From the NCBI GenBank assembly GCA_038087875.1, contig CM075988.1, positions 1,364,001 to 1,428,000 on the forward strand: DNA of 64,000 bases, read 5' to 3'. The notes beneath the pieces were generated by a model. The model ran no database searches and was not told where the DNA came from. It saw only the letters and a program-made list of their open reading frames with translations. Of the stretch, positions 36,326 to 50,947 are shown in pieces. This DNA is from Malacoraja senta (taxonomy: Eukaryota). The stretch's first letter is position 1, and each line of letters starts with the position of its first letter. The translations under genes and the position numbers were made by a program.

Positions 36326-37919
36326 AAATGACTCCAAATCATATCCCTTGCACCCACACTCATCTCATCCAATGTCGACAATTCCTTTCCTCCTCAAACC
36401 CCTAGATACAGCCTGACCCTCAGATTCTCCAGCAGATTGGAACCCCCTTTCCCTCGTTTCTATATGTCATCAAACCAGCAACTGTCATAATCTTCCTACT
36501 GAGTGGAGCCCAAAGCTCCAACATGTACATTTATTAAATCTCACTGCAATGTCATGCAGATTTTAACATGCACTATATACACGTTAGCTCTGCTGGGAGA
36601 CCACAAGAAAGTCAGGATTTCAGCTTTGTCAGCATATCAGCTTTAGCATGGATATTTTTGTCCCAAAGTGAATGATGATTCACAGATTAAAAGAAAGTTT
36701 AAAAAAAACACATGATCTTTCAAGATTCAAAGAGGAAGAAGCTGCTCATTGGTTTATGCAAATTGGATTGCTGTTCACAGAAAACAGACCCATCGACCAT
36801 CACCAATCCAAATTTCAAGCAACTTACCCAGTCATGGAAAAATAGAAAACTTTTACTGACTGAAGTCAATGAATGTTCAACAATGAGATCGTTAAAGATA
36901 ATTTCCCAACATCAGCACGGTACAGTTAATTATGAACAACGGCAATGATGTTCAAATGTGCTAAAAATAGTCTTGAAGCTTATGCAACAGTATGAAATCT
37001 CAGTGAATCAGATCACAGATCCTGACAAAAATTGAAAGGAATTATGTAGACAGGCTTTGATCTTTTTGAAATAGCTGCTTTTTGTCTGCCTCTACACATA
37101 ACACAGGCAGAACAGCACAGTAAAGGCCCTTCAGCCTACAATGTCTGTGCTGAACATGATGCCAAGATAAACTAATCTCATCTGTTTGCATGTAATTCAT
37201 AATCCCACATTCCCTGTTTATCCATGTCTATTTAAAAGCCTCTTAAATGCTACTATCGTATCTACCTCCACGACCACTTTTGTCAGTGCATTCCAGGCAC
37301 CGACCACCCTGGTGTGGATAGCTTGCCCCATACATCTCCTTTACACTTTGCCCCTCTCATTCTAAAGATAAGATAGACACAAAAAGCAGGAATAACTCAG
37401 CGGGACAGTCCTGAGGAAGGGTCTCGACCCGAAACATCACCCATTCCTTCTCTCCAGAGATGCTGCCTGCCCCGCTGAGTTACTCCAACTTTTTGTGTAT
37501 ATCTTTGGTTTAAACCAGCATCTGCAGTTCCTTCCTACTCATTCTAAAGCTATGCCCTCTAGTCTTTGACATTTCTACCCTGAGCTAAAGATTCTTACTG
37601 TTATTTGAAACGGGCCCAGCAATTCAATTTATTCCCAAATCCAAACATTAATGCTTTTGAAACAGGCAAATGGCGTACATCACACACCTGCATACAATGA
37701 CCCGATTATTGGAAATCAATGCTGCATATAACACAAACTCTAGGCTAAGTATCAGAATCAAATCTCTCCTGAACAGGCAGACAAGCTAGCAATCTTAGGC
37801 ATGCTGAGATAAAAGCATGTCTTCAGCAATGCACATTAAAAATGCCACCCAAGAGGAAATGTATTACATGCTGCAGCATGGAAGAAAGTAATTGAGGCAA
37901 ACAATCTGTGTAAATGTTT

Positions 37920-39030
37920 ACATACCTTGTACATCTCCTCCCACCCTGCCTCTTGCAAAGACACTCTCCCCCACCCTCCATCTTTGCTACATCTGCTCCC
38001 AAGATGAGGCTTTCCATTTGAGGACATCCAAGATGTCCTATTTCTCCCCCCCTTTCTGTCATAGATGGATCCCTCATCCACATCTCCTGTGTCTCGTAGT
38101 TCTGCTTTCTCCAATAGACAGAATAAGGATCCCCAGGTCCTCGCCTTTCACCCTACCAGCCTCCAAATCCAACATATCAATCTCCAACATTTCTATCACC
38201 TCAAATGTGATCCCACCAGTCACATTTTCCCGTCCCCACCCAGTTCTGCCTTCTGCAGAGACCACAATTCATCCCTTTCCACCTTAAACCACCCCTCCCC
38301 AAGTAATATCCCTTACAACCGCAGATGTAATACCTGTCCCTATACCTCCCTCATCACCTTCTTCCACAGCAGTCCTTCCAGGCAATGGTTCATATGTCTC
38401 CTCATACTGCATCCGGTGTTCCCAATGTGGCCTCCTTAACATCGGCAAGACCAAGCATAGACTTGGCTACCGTTATGCGAGGGTATGACAGTAGCCAAGT
38501 GGATCTCCAAGTGGATCTACTGTATCTCCCAATTGCTAACCATTTTAACTTCCCTTCCCATTCCCATGTCGTTCGCCTCTTCCATTGAAACAGAGTATGT
38601 CAACATGCCAAGTGGAGGAATAGCACCTCATATTCCACAGGTAGCTTGCAACCCAACAGTATGAATCCTGAATTCTCCAATTTCAGGTGAACCCACCTGG
38701 AGCTGCACTTATTTCTCCCCTCTTCCACCTACATTTGTTCCTCTTGCTTCACAATTCTCAACTCTTCAATCCTTTCATCTCACATCTTCTGCCATTATCT
38801 AACCATCTGTGTATCACCCCCCTACCTAACCTGCATCACCTATTACCTGCCAGGTTTTGTTTTGCCCTTCCACTCTTCCAGGTTTCCTTCCTCTCACCCC
38901 CAACCACAATGAGTATGAGGGGTTCCGACCTGAAAGGTCACCTATCCATGTTCTCCAGAGAAGTTGCCTGACCCCCTGAGCTACTCCAAAACTGTATTTT
39001 TTTGTAAACCAGCATCTGCTGTTCCTAGTT
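37920..39030 (+). mobile_element. Degenerate Penelope-like element 3' part
   Basis: Eroded homolog of 46803-47810 (VLAFHPTS..RCNTCPY, endonuclease end, terminal repeat). Confidence 0.7.
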
Positions 39031-39615
39031 TCTAACCTCAGCACTTTTGCTTGTATCTGTATTATATAACATTGCGTCATGACATTTCTTCAACATTGAC
39101 TATGAGGCTTCATCAAGATATTTTATTCAGACAATGAAAACCAACATTTCATAACAGGACTAAAAAAAGGCATCAAGTTATGAGCAAAGATCAAGCTGCC
39201 AGGGGAACCTAACAGGTCAGGCAGCATCTGTGAAGAAAGTTGGATTTCCATTTATTATTACTGCCTGACCCACCAAGTTTTTCCAAACGTTTTTTTTTTT
39301 TCTCCGGATTCCAGCATCTGCATTCTTTTGTGTATCCCAGTTATGACCCCTTCCGTTTGCGTTGTCTCGAGGGCTAAAATAATCTATATTTCAGTCTCCA
39401 CTGGTTTTCAAAAACATATTCTCCCTTCTTACCATTATTTCACATTTTAAACTACAGTAACCAGCACTTCTCATCTTCAACTTCGAAGAAAGCGAGTCCA
39501 TTAGGTCCATGCCAGCTCCCGAGGGAACAATAGAAGGAACTGCAGATGCTGGTTTAAACCGAAGATAGACAAAAGGCTGGAGTAACTCAGACAGCATCTC
39601 TGGAGAAAAGGAATA

Positions 39616-39649
39616 GGTGACGTTTCGGGTCGAGGCCCTTCTTCAGACC
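39616..39649 (-). ncRNA. Minimal type I hammerhead ribozyme motif in a Penelope terminus
   Basis: Minus strand reads GGT CTGAAGA A GGGCCTCGACCC GAAAC GTC ACC: intact core, stem II, palindromic ACGT stem III and stem I GGT/ACC. Confidence 0.65.
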
Positions 39650-41729
39650 TGTTCTCCAGATTTTTGTGTCTCTCCCAAGGGATCAATCCCATTCCTTGAA
39701 CAAAACACAAAGTACTAGAGTACTCAGCAGGTGATAGAAGTCTCCTTGCGTCTCCATTGTCCTGCAGCACTTCGTGCTCCAGCATCTGCAGTTCCTTACA
39801 AATCCCATTCCTGCTCCAGCATCTACGGTCTCTCGTGAATCCCTTTCCTGTTCTTTCTTCCCTGTATTCCTGCAACTTATTCTCTCTCACTCATATCCAT
39901 CAACTCCCCCTTGGTTTTCTCCACTACCATGGGATGATTGAGTAAAGTTCATTTTTAGAACAGTTAATTAAGCTACCAATGCGTTGTTGGTCTGTGGAAG
40001 GAAACTGGAGCCCCCAGAGGAAACCTGTGATGCCACAAAGAGAACATGCAAGCTCTGCAGACGGAATTGATTGCAGATCCCGTGAACTGTTACTATAACC
40101 TTTGCTATATCTTGCCACCCTTCGAGTTTCTTCCAATAGTTATTGCGATAAACCGTTGCCACGTCCATGCAAAACTTCGTATTTCATGCCTTGTAGTTAC
40201 TCCTGCTCTCATGAGGATTAATACAAAGAGAAGTTATGATGTAAACCTTCTGCCCATTACCTTTGATGCTCTTGAACTTGTTCCAATTACAAGCAAAAAT
40301 TCCACTGAAAGATACATTTGATTAACAATAGATACTGTAATTTTAACACATTTATTTGCAAATGTAACCAAAACTGTGAAGTCTCGACAAGAGAACATGG
40401 AAGTCACTGAAACAGCAACACACAACTGTAATATATTGCCAGCTGGCGCACTCGTGTTTAGGTATTATGCAGACTATTTGCAAAGTTTTTGTTTTGATCT
40501 ATGTGATGCCCAAACAAAAATATTTCCAGGCAGCCAACACTGTGCCTGATTAATAGTTTGTGCAAGGAACAATGTGAGGAATCGCAAATTGGTGCCAAGT
40601 GCCAGAAATGTAGATCAAGAATACGCTATACAGTCCACAGTGCATCAGCAAAGTTGCATTTTCTAGCACAAGTTCAAAACTAGAGCTATTAGCAAAGGAA
40701 AATACTACAGGACTGCTTCCAGAAATACTAAATCTATTCCAAGAATTGGAAAATGCCAATGTTAAAGCCTCCAACAGAATGAAGTCAGGTCTCCCCAGTA
40801 ATCCCCCCAAAACAACTTCATGACACTGGGAAAGGATCAACTGTCCAAAGGCCATTCACCCATCTGTAAACAGTGGAGTGACAGTCACCCTCTCAGAGAT
40901 TCAGGACCACCGACCACCAGGGCTGCAGTGGTATAGCAAGACCAGAGGGTTCACCTCGTCACTAATGTCATCCCAATGTCAGCCCATGCATTTCTGCGAC
41001 ACAGTCTACCAGGAACATCACACCCACCTGCCAGAAACATCCCCAAACCAACAGTCCATGGTCTCACTTACCCCTCTTCCCTGAGCACACAAATGGCCCT
41101 CCAGGACACGTACGCTGCCTTCTCTATCCTCACCATCAAAGGGAACCCACACAACCTGCCCCACCTACATTGGGATGGACAGCAAAATCCCTTGTTTCTA
41201 TCACCTCCTAACCAACGATGAAGACAACCTCTTCCCCTCCAACTCCCAGTTCAAGGCATAACTTTCCTCCCTCCCTCCCTCCCTCCCTCCCACGTTGGGT
41301 ACCCTCCCCCAAGGCTCATCCACACAAAGCCTCCCAATTCATAGACACAACCACCCCTCCTCCTCCTCCCCGATGCTTCCAAATTATTGTTCTCTTTTCC
41401 CCCCTCAACCCACACCACCACCATTCTGGTGTCTGCACCTACGCTCCACACTTGCATCTCCCACCCACCGTCTCCCTCGTTAACCAACCCCTACAGTCCT
41501 TCCCCTCCTCAGCCTGACCACAACTCCTCCCTCCCTCCCTCCCTCCCTCCCTCCGTCAGCCACCACAACCCTCAGTCAGCGGCCACAACCCCTCTCTCCC
41601 CTCGTCAGCCTGACCACAACCCCTCTCTCTGCGCCTCAGCCAGACACCATAATAACCGTTGCATCCTCTCCTCAGTCTGACCACAACCACTCCCTTCAAG
41701 CCTCAGCCAGACACCACTGCCCCTCCCTC

Positions 41730-42215
41730 CCTCCCTGCCCCCGGCCCAGCGCAATGCAGCCCGCACCCACTCCATGCAGCCTCCGTCTCCCGGCCCCGCG
41801 CGGCCCCATCCCACCAGGCCGGGCAAGGGGGCTACTCCCCGGCCGGCGATGTGGCGCAGAGCCGGGCGGCCGGCAGTGATTTCTGCGGTAAATCCAAGGG
41901 CGGAGATAACGGGGCCGGGTCGCCACCCTCCTGGGGCGGACGGACGGACGGACGGGACACGGCGGGCTCCTTACCTCGACATAGGCAGCCCCCACGGGCT
42001 GTGCCGCCAGCAGCAGCAGCAGGCGGCCGACAAGGGCAAGGACGGCTCCGGTTGCCATGGTGGACCTGCTCCCGCTCCCGCTCCACTCAGCCTCTCGTCC
42101 CGAGCGTCGACACCAGCTCCTGCGCGCCCCCGATCATCGAGCAGCGGCGCGCCCCCAACACACGCAGCCCAACGTGCTCGCTCACGAACCGCACGCCCTC
42201 CACCTGCGCTTCTGC
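41730..42215 (-). promoter_or_regulatory. APLP2: CpG island / promoter and 5' UTR of APLP2
   Basis: GC- and CpG-rich stretch spanning exon 1 in an otherwise CpG-poor background. Confidence 0.8.
41975..42058 (-). CDS. APLP2: APLP2 coding exon 1 (signal peptide), amyloid beta precursor-like protein 2
   Basis: ATG at 42058 gives MATGAVLALVGRLLLLLAAQPVGAAYVE (84 nt, phase 0), followed by donor GAG|GTAAGG. It resembles the human APLP2 N-terminus (..GRLLLLLL..GYIE) and lies in a CpG island. Confidence 0.93.
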
Positions 42216-42232
42216 TCCATGTTACCAAGTAA

Positions 42233-42360
42233 TGCCCCTGTCCCACTTAGGAAACCTCTGGAGACTTTGTGCCCCACCCAAGGTTTCCGTGCGGTTCCCG
42301 GAGGTTTTTGTCAGTCTCCCTACCTTCTTCCACTACCTGCAACCTCCGGGAACCGAAGCA
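42233..42360. mobile_element. Harbinger-type MITE end upstream of APLP2 exon 1
   Basis: TAA|TGCCCCTGTCCCACTTAGG resembles the TIRs at 21496-21631 and 30884-31520; the other end was not found. Confidence 0.55.
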
Positions 42361-43774
42361 ATGTCTTCGCACCTTACCTCTTTCCTCCATCTCCCATTCT
42401 TCAACTCTACACATTTCCCCCACTCTTCTGTCTCCCAGCTTCTCCCACATACCCCCACTCCAATTCTCCTCTCAGTCACTCTCCCTGACCCAACTCTCTT
42501 CATCTTTCTGTTTCTCTTCATCCAAATCCCATCTAGTTGAGCAAAATGGGAGGTGTTCTGTCAGGGCGACCTTCACTGGGACCAGAGTCTAAACGTGTTG
42601 GATATCCAGGGCTGTTAATAAGCAAAATAGGTGAGGATGCTGGAGAGTTCAGATGAGGGAAAACTTAGTGTAGGGTACTGTCAGGGGGAAATGGTGGGAA
42701 GAAACATGTTGCACACAGAAGTAGAAATAAGGTAAACAAATTTGAGGGACAAGATAAGTAAATGGGTATAATATATTTGCCATTACAGAGATTTGGGTTG
42801 CAAGGTGCCCAAAGTTGGGAAATAAATTGATTTTTTTAGAAGAGATAGGAAAAATGATAAAGATGGATTATGAAGAATGGAATAAAATTAGTAGAGAGAA
42901 AGGATCTCAATTAGTAGAATGAATGTTGGGTGGAATTAAGAAACAGAGAAGGGTGGAAAACAATGGTAGGAGTTGTCCACAGGCCTCCAGGCAGGAGTGG
43001 CCATATAGTTCAGAGAATGGGAGGCAAATGCAACCAAAAGTAATACAATTTTCATGGAGAAATTTAAGCTATATCTAGATTGGGCAAACCAGATTGGTGT
43101 AATGATATGGAGGATAAATCCATGGAATGTATGAGATGGTTCACAAGATCAGTGTGCTGATTAACCGTCAGTAACAGGCTGTTTTATACTAAATATGTGG
43201 ATGAATTTTGGGGAATGATTTTGTTCAATTCTAAACAGTTTTGCCTTGTTTACATTTAACTGCATTGCACCACCTCCAAGCAATTATAGACTTCCGTAGA
43301 TATGGAGACCAAATCTTGCATGCATGATGAGAGATTTATTTTCCACAAAGGCCCTGTGGAATTGCAGGAATTTGTTGCGATTAAAGACAACATTCCATTT
43401 GTAACTGAATCATCTGCTGTATCTGGAGATTAAATGTATGCATTGCATAAATTGCATTGAAGCAGCTCACTGTGGTTCTAATGTATATCACCATTGCAAA
43501 TTGCTTCTCACTTTAAAAATATTTAAAAACTCGTATGCCAAAGTCATAGTGTTGCAGATTAAAAAGATGAGGCAAATTGTTTAGTTAAAGTGGGCAAGTT
43601 CAGTCGGCAGAACAGACAGGGGCAGGACAGGAAACAAGCTGGGTCCAAAACACAAAACTGCATTTATTTTAATGCAAGAAGCTTTACATGTAAGGCAGAT
43701 GAACTCAGGAAATCGAAAGACATCTTGGATTGTATTATTATAGCCATAACAAAAATATAATTAATAGATCAGAA

Positions 43775-46220
43775 GGTCATAAATGATAGGAACAGAATTA
43801 GGCCATTTGACCCATCACGTCTACTCCGCCATTCAACCATTGCTGATTGATCTCACCCTCCTAACTCCATTCTCCTGCCTTCTTCCCATAACCCCTGACG
43901 GTCATACTAATCAATAATCTATCTATCTCAGCTTTGAAAAGATCCATTGGCCTCCACAGCCTTCTTTGGCAATGAATTCCACAGATTCAGCACCCACTGA
44001 CTAAAGAAATTCCTCCTCATCTCCTTTCTCAAGGAACATCCTTTAATTCAGTGGCTATGACTTCTGGTCCTAGACTCTCCCACTAATGGAAACATCCTAT
44101 TCAGTAAGTTTCAATGAGGTTCCCCCTCATCCATTGAAACTCCAGCGAGTACAGGACCAGTGCCATCAAACGCTAATTATATGTTAACCCACTCATTCCT
44201 GGGATAATCCTTGTAAACCTCCTCTGGACCCTCTCCAGAGCCAGCACATCCTTCCTCAGGTAAGGGGCCCAAAATTGATCACTATACTCCAAATGCAGCT
44301 TGACCAGTGCCTTATAGAGCCTCAGCATTACATCTCTGTTTTTGTACTCTAGTCTTGAAATAAATACTAGCATTGCATTTGCCTTCCTTATTACCAATTC
44401 GACTTGCAGATTATATTTTGGGAATCTTGCACCGGCACTCCCTTGCACCTCCGATTTCTGGATTCTCCCCCCATTTAGAAAATTCGTACTACCAAAATGC
44501 ATGACTCCACACTTTACTACACTGTATTCCATCTGCCACTTCTCTGCCCACTCTCCCAACCTGTCCAAGTCCTTCTGGAGAGTCCCAGCTTTCTCTACAC
44601 TACCTGCCCCTCCACCTATTTTCGTATCATCTATAAACTTGGCCACAAAGCCTTCAATCCCCTCATCCAAATCATTAATATACAATGTGATTAGTAGCGG
44701 CCCCAGCATTGATCCCTGCGGAACTCTGCTAGTCACTGGCAGCCAACCGGAAACACCCTCCCCCCCCTTTATTGCCACTCTTTGCCTTCTGCCATCGAGC
44801 TAACCTGCTATCCATGCTAGTATCTGGCCTTTGGTAGCATGGGCTCTCATCTTCCTTAGCAGTGGAGGTGTTGGGCAAAGCGATCGCCAAGCCTGCGCTT
44901 GGTCTCACCGATGTAGAGAAGTTGACAGATTGTGGAGGCGTCAAGGTGTTCCAGGTGTCAACTTCTCTACATCGGTGAGACCAAGCGCAGGCTTGGCGAT
45001 CGCTTCACCCAACACCTCCGCTCAGTTCGCAATAACCAACCTGATCTCCCGGTGGCTCAGCACTTCAACGCCCCCTCCCATTCCAAATCTGACCTTTCAG
45101 TCCTGGGCCTCCTCCATGGCCAGAGTGAGTCCCACCGCAAATTGGAGGAACAGCACCTCATATTTCTCTTGGGTGGTTTACACCCCAGCGGTATGAACAT
45201 TGACCTCCAATTTCAGATAGTACTTGCTTTCTCCCACAAGCCTACTGTCTCCACCTCTTCCTTTCTTTTTCCCGCCCCCCCCGACATGTCTGAAGAAGGA
45301 TCTCGACCCGAAACGTTGCCTATTCCTCCTCTCCATAGATGCTGCCTCACCCGCTGAGTTTCTCTAGCATTTTTGTCTACTTCGATTTTCCCAGCATCTG
45401 CAGTTCTTTCTTAAACTTACCAAACACAAAAGTCAGACTAACTATGACTACAGTTTCCGCTCTTCTGCTTTGCTCACTTCTTGTACAGTGGGGTAATATT
45501 GGCAATTTTCCAATTGTCTAGAACCATTCTTGACTCTAGTGATTCTTGAAATATCACTGTCAATGTCTCCACAATCTCCAAAGCCACCTCTGTCAGAACC
45601 CTAAGGTGCAGTCCATCCAGGTGACTTATCCACCTTTAGCCCTTCAGTTTCCCAAGCACCTTCTCTTAGTAATAGCCACTTCACTAACTTCCACCCCCTG
45701 ACTCTCTTAAATTTCAGGCAGGTTGCTGGTGTCTTCCACTGTGAAGACTGATGCAAAAAAGTAATTCAATTCCTCTACCATTTCTTTATTCCCCATTATC
45801 ACCAGCATCATTCTCCAGCAACCCAACGTCCACTCTTGCCTCTTTCTTACTCTTTATATAACTGAAGAAACTCTTGCTATCATCTTTTATATTATTGGCG
45901 AACATACCTTCGTATTTCATCTTTTCTCCCCGTATTGCCTTTTTAGTTACCTTCTGTTGTTCTTTAAAAGCTTCCCAATCCTCTGACTTCTTTGCGATGT
46001 TATATACCTTCACTTTTCATTTTATGCTGTCCTTGACTTCCCTTGTCAGCCACGGGCTCCTCATTCTCCCCCTGGAATCTTTCTTACTCTTTGGAATGAA
46101 AAGATCCTGCATCTTCTGGATTATTCCCAGAAACTCCTGTTCCACCATCATTCCTGCCAGGATCGCTTTCCAGTCAACTTTGGCCAGCTCCTCCATCATG
46201 CCTCTGTAGTCCCTTTTGCT
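43775..46220 (-). mobile_element. CR1 LINE (broken ORF2) with Penelope insertion
   Basis: VPQGSMLGPLL..KFIDDTKIGG and SPWLTREVKDSIK. Confidence 0.88.
44862..45415 (+). mobile_element. Penelope-like element 3' fragment (GIY-YIG endonuclease) with inverted 5' piece
   Basis: RCSRCQLLYIGETKRRLGDRFTQHLRSV..GMNID; 44862-44930 is an inverted copy of ~44955-45020; hammerhead-like motif near 45290. Confidence 0.88.
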
Positions 46221-46224
46221 AGGC

Positions 46225-49200
46225 TGAATGGCCTACTTCTGCTCCTACATCTTATGGCCTTACTTCAGCCATTCAGCCTATCGAGTCTGCTGTCCCATTC
46301 GATCATGGCTGATCTTTTATTCCCTCTCAACCATTCTCCAGCCTTCTCCCTGTCATTTTGTCACCCTAATCAATCTCTGCTTTAAAAACCCTCTGTGTCA
46401 ATGAATTTCACAGATTCACCACTCTTTGCCTAAATAAATTCCTCCTATCTCCAATCTCAGTCCTTTTATTCTGAGGCTGTGACCTCATTGGTAGGTTTCA
46501 ATGAGATCCCCACTCATCTTTGTAAACTACAGCGAGTAGAGGCCCAGAGCCATCAAATGCTCATACGTCAACCCAACCATCCCTAGAATCATTCTCATAA
46601 ACCTCTGCTGGACTCTCCAACTCCAGTACATCCTTCCTCAGATATGGGGCCCAGAACTGCTCACATTATTCCAAATGTGGTCTGACCAGCACCTTATGAA
46701 GCCTCAACATTACATCCTTGCTTTTATATTCTAGTCCTCTTGAATATAAAAGCAAGGATGTAATGTGCCATCCTTACTACTGACACAACCTACAAAATTA
46801 CCTGTGTAAGAAAGAACTGCAGATGCTGGTTTAAATCGAAGGTAGACACAAAATGCTGGAGTAACTCAGCAGGTGAGGCAGCATCTCCGGAGAGAAGGAA
46901 TGGGGACGTTTCAGATTGAGACCCTTCTTCAGACTGGTGTCAGGGGAGGGGGCGGGACAAAGATAGAATGTAGGCGGAGACAGAAAGTAGTGGGAGAACT
47001 GGGAAGAGGCAGGGGATGGAAAGAGAAAGCAAGGGCTATCTGAAGTTAGAGAAGTCAATGTTCATACTGCTGGGGTGTAAACTACCCAAGGGAAATATGA
47101 GGTGCTGTTCCTCCAATTTGCACTGGGCCTCACTCTGACAATGGAGGAGGCCCAGAACAGAAAGGTCAGATTGGGAATGGGAGGGGGAGTTGAAGTGCTG
47201 GGCCACCGGGAGATCAGGTAAGTTAAGGCGGACTGAGCAGAGGTGTTCAGTGAAACGATCGCCGAGCCTGCGCTTGGTCTCGACGATGTAGAGAAGTTGA
47301 CACCTGGAACGGCGGATACAGTAGCTGAGGTTGGAGGAGGTGCAAGTGAACCTCTGCTTCACCTGGAAAGACTGTTTGGGTTCTTGGATGGAGTAGAGGG
47401 GGAAGGTAAAGGGACAGGTGTTGCATCTCCTGCGGTTGCAGGAGAAAGTACCTGGGGAGGGGGTGGTTTGGATGGGAAGGGACGAGTTGACCAGGTAGTT
47501 CCGGAGGGAACGGTCTCTGCGTAAAGCAGAAAGGGGTGGAGATGGGAAGATGTGGCGAGTAGTTGGGATCCCGTTGGAGGTGTTGGAGGATTATATGCTG
47601 TATGTAACGGCTGATGGGGTGGAAGGTGAGGACAAGGGGGACTCTGGCCTTGTTGCGAATGGGGGGAGGGGGAGTAAGAGCGGAGCTGCAGGATATCAAG
47701 GAGACTCTAGTGAGAGCCTCATCTATAATGGAAGAGGGGAACCTCCGTTTCCTAAAGAATGAGAACATCTCCGATGCCCTGGTATGGAACACCTCATTCT
47801 GGGCGCAGATGCAAAATAACCTTTTGGGAATCCTGAATCCTACAAGCACTCCCAAGTCCCTTTGCACTTCTGATTTCTGAACCCACTCTGCATTTAAATA
47901 GCCTTCACCTTTATGAAAGTGAATGACTGTACAATTTGCTACGCTGTATTCCATTTGCCACTTCTTTACCACTTTCCCAACCTGTCCCAACAGATTCCCT
48001 GTTTCCTCAACACTAGCTGCCCCTCCACCTATCTTTGTATCATCCGCAAACCTGGCCACAAAGCCATCAATTCTATTATCAGGTCATTAACATATATTGC
48101 GAAAAGTAGCGGACCCAATACCGACCCCTATGGACAGTACTAGTCACCATTAGCCAACCAGAAAAGACCCTCTTTATTCCCACACTTTGCCTTAGAGTCA
48201 TAGTGTGATACAGCATGGAAACAGTCCCTTCGGCCCAACTTGCCCACACCGGCCAACGTGTTCCAGCTACGCTAGTCCCACCTGCCTGCGTTTGGTCCAT
48301 AACCCTCCAAACCTGTCCTATCCATGTACCTGTCTAACTGTTTTGTAAACTTTGGCGGAGCCCAGACCTTCTAGTCCTAGCAACATCCTCGTAAATCTTC
48401 TCTACCATTTGCAGCTTGACAACATCTTTCCTATAACATGGTACCCAGAACTGATCACAATACTCTAAATGCACTCACCAACGTCTAAAACTACAACTTG
48501 ACCTCCCAACATCTATACTCAATACTCTGACTGAAGGCCAATGTGCCAATAGCCTTTTTGACCACCTTATCTACCTGCGACTCGACCTTCAAGGAACCAT
48601 GTACCTGCACTCCTAGATCTCCTAGTTTCTTAAACAGTGGAGTTACATTCACAATTTTCCAGTCCTTTGGAACTATTCCTGACTCTAATGATTCTTGAAA
48701 GATTACTACGTATGCATCCACGATCTCTACAGCTATCTTTTTCAGAACCCCAGGGTTTTTTTTACTAATTATGTAGCAGAAAACCCTGGTATCCTCTTTT
48801 ATATTATTGGCTGGATGAATTTCATCTTTTCTCTCCTTGCTTCTTTAGTTTTTTGGGGGGCTTTTAAGGGCCTCCAAATCCACAAGCTTCCCACTAATCT
48901 TTGCCATATTATATGCCTTCTCTTGCTTTTCTGCTGTATTTGCCTCATTCTTCCTAAAATATGTTTCTTCCTCTTTGGGATGAAAAAATCCTGCGTCTTC
49001 TGAATTACTGGGAGAAACTCTTACCATTGTTGCTCCACCATGCTAGGGTCCCTTTCTAATTAACTTTTACCAGCTCCTCCCTCATGCCCCTGTAGTTACC
49101 TTTAGTCAACAGTAATACGGATACATCTGATTTTGGCTTCTCCCTCTCAAACTGCAGGTTGAATTCTATCATATTATGCTCACTGCCTCCTACGGTTCCT

Positions 49201-49620
49201 TCACCTTCTCTAATCAAATCTGGTTCATTACACACCAAATTCACAATTTCCTTTTCCTCAGTGGGCTCGACAATGAGCTACTCTAAAAATCCATCTCATA
49301 GGCATTCCACAATTTACTTCTCTTAGGATCCAGTACCAAGCTGATTTTCCCAGTCAGCCTGTATATTGAAATTCCCCATGACCACTGTGTCATTACATTT
49401 CTTGCATGCCTTTTCTATCTCCTGCTGCAATTTGTCCCATTTATCCTGGCTGCTATTCAGAGGTCTGTATATAACTCCCATCAGGGTCTTTTATGTAGTT
49501 TCACAATTCTACCCAGAAGGATTCTACATCTTCTGATCCTATGTTGTTTCCTGCTGAGGATTGTATTTCATTCCTTACCAACAGAGCTACTCCACCCCCT
49601 CTGTCCAGCTGCCTGCCTTC
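46225..49620 (-). mobile_element. Cluster of CR1 fragments (interrupted by Penelope)
   Basis: FADDTKIGG, ESQVDKVVKKA, EPDLIRE and CR1 3' UTRs. Confidence 0.82.
46803..47810 (-). mobile_element. Penelope-like element (RT thumb / GIY-YIG / terminal repeat)
   Basis: RVPLVLTFHP and QRFTCTSSNLSYCIRRSRCQLLYIVETKRRLGDRFTEH. Confidence 0.9.
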
Positions 49621-50947
49621 TGGAGAGTGGGCAGATTTTAAAAGTGAGAAAGAGAGAGTTCAGGATCAGCCATTGGAGATAGGCAAGGCTTAAAACAACA
49701 TTTCTGTGTTTGCACTGAGAAGGTCATGGACGCAGGGTCTACCGTTCTTAGTCATCTATATTAACGACAGATGAAAATATAGTTGGCATGGTTAATACAT
49801 CTGCAGATTACACAAATTTTGTGGTTATAGTATACAGTGAACAAGATTCACTAAAATTTCAACAGGATCTAAGTCAACTGGGAAAAAGGCGAATGAATGG
49901 CAGATGGAATTATTCACAGTGTGAGATGTTACACACTGGCCAGGTAAACCACCACATGACTTACACAGTAAATAGCAGGGGCCTGGAGAGACCTGAAGGA
50001 CACAGGTACAGAATTTCCTGAAAATGATGACTCAGGTGGATAAGTTGGAGCAGAAGGCGTTTGGTACCTTCAGAAGGATGTTATTAAGCTGCAGCTGGTG
50101 TAGAAAATAGTCACAAGGATGAGAATAGAAGACATGAATCAGTAGGTGAGGTTGGATAGAGTCATAGAGCATCAAAACAGGGCCAACTTGCCCTTGCCAA
50201 CCAAGTTGACGCATCTACACTGGTCTCATATGCCTGCGTTTGGCCCATATCCTTCTAAAGCTTTTCTGTCCATTTATGCCCAATACCTATTTTATGATAT
50301 TAATAAAGTATAAACAAATTGTATGCATAATTTATTGGTCATCAAATTCAGGACGTCAATTCAAGTCAAGTTCATTGTCATATGAGTGTATGGTAAGGTA
50401 TAGGTTTAATGAAAATCTTGCTCTCAGCAGCATCACAGGCGTATTTCATCATATGACACATGCAGGATTGCTCGACTTTGGCCCAGCATTGGATTGTTGC
50501 CAGCCAGGCCGACTGGAATAATGTTGTTAGCTACAGGCAGGATATAACATGACTACAACATGACTGGGCTCTGAAGAAATGTTTCCATGATCATCAACCC
50601 CCAAATTGCTGTACTGATACTGCACAAATGTGAGGCTCAAGGGCCCAAATTATGACAATGTACTTCATTTCAGCATCTGAAAAACGGTTGAATATTTCAA
50701 CTTCAACTTTTATCAAACATGGATTAAACATGATAGAGAAAATACCGGAATCAATATTGGCAATATGTAAAGGGACCTACAAGTGAGAGGGAAAAGCTTG
50801 ACCTACTCTTCGGGAATTGGACAGGGCAAGTCACTGAAGTGTCTGTGGGTGAGCTCTTTGGGATCAGCAGCCACAGTTCTAATTATGTTTAAAATAGTTA
50901 TGGATAAGGACAGGCCTGGTCGACAAGTTCAAGTTGTAAATTGGGGA

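Noticed and set aside
41659..42540. 293-aa ORF and other long ORFs over the CpG islands
   Set aside because: GC-rich stop-poor sequence antisense to or overlapping APLP2 exon 1; no recognisable protein.
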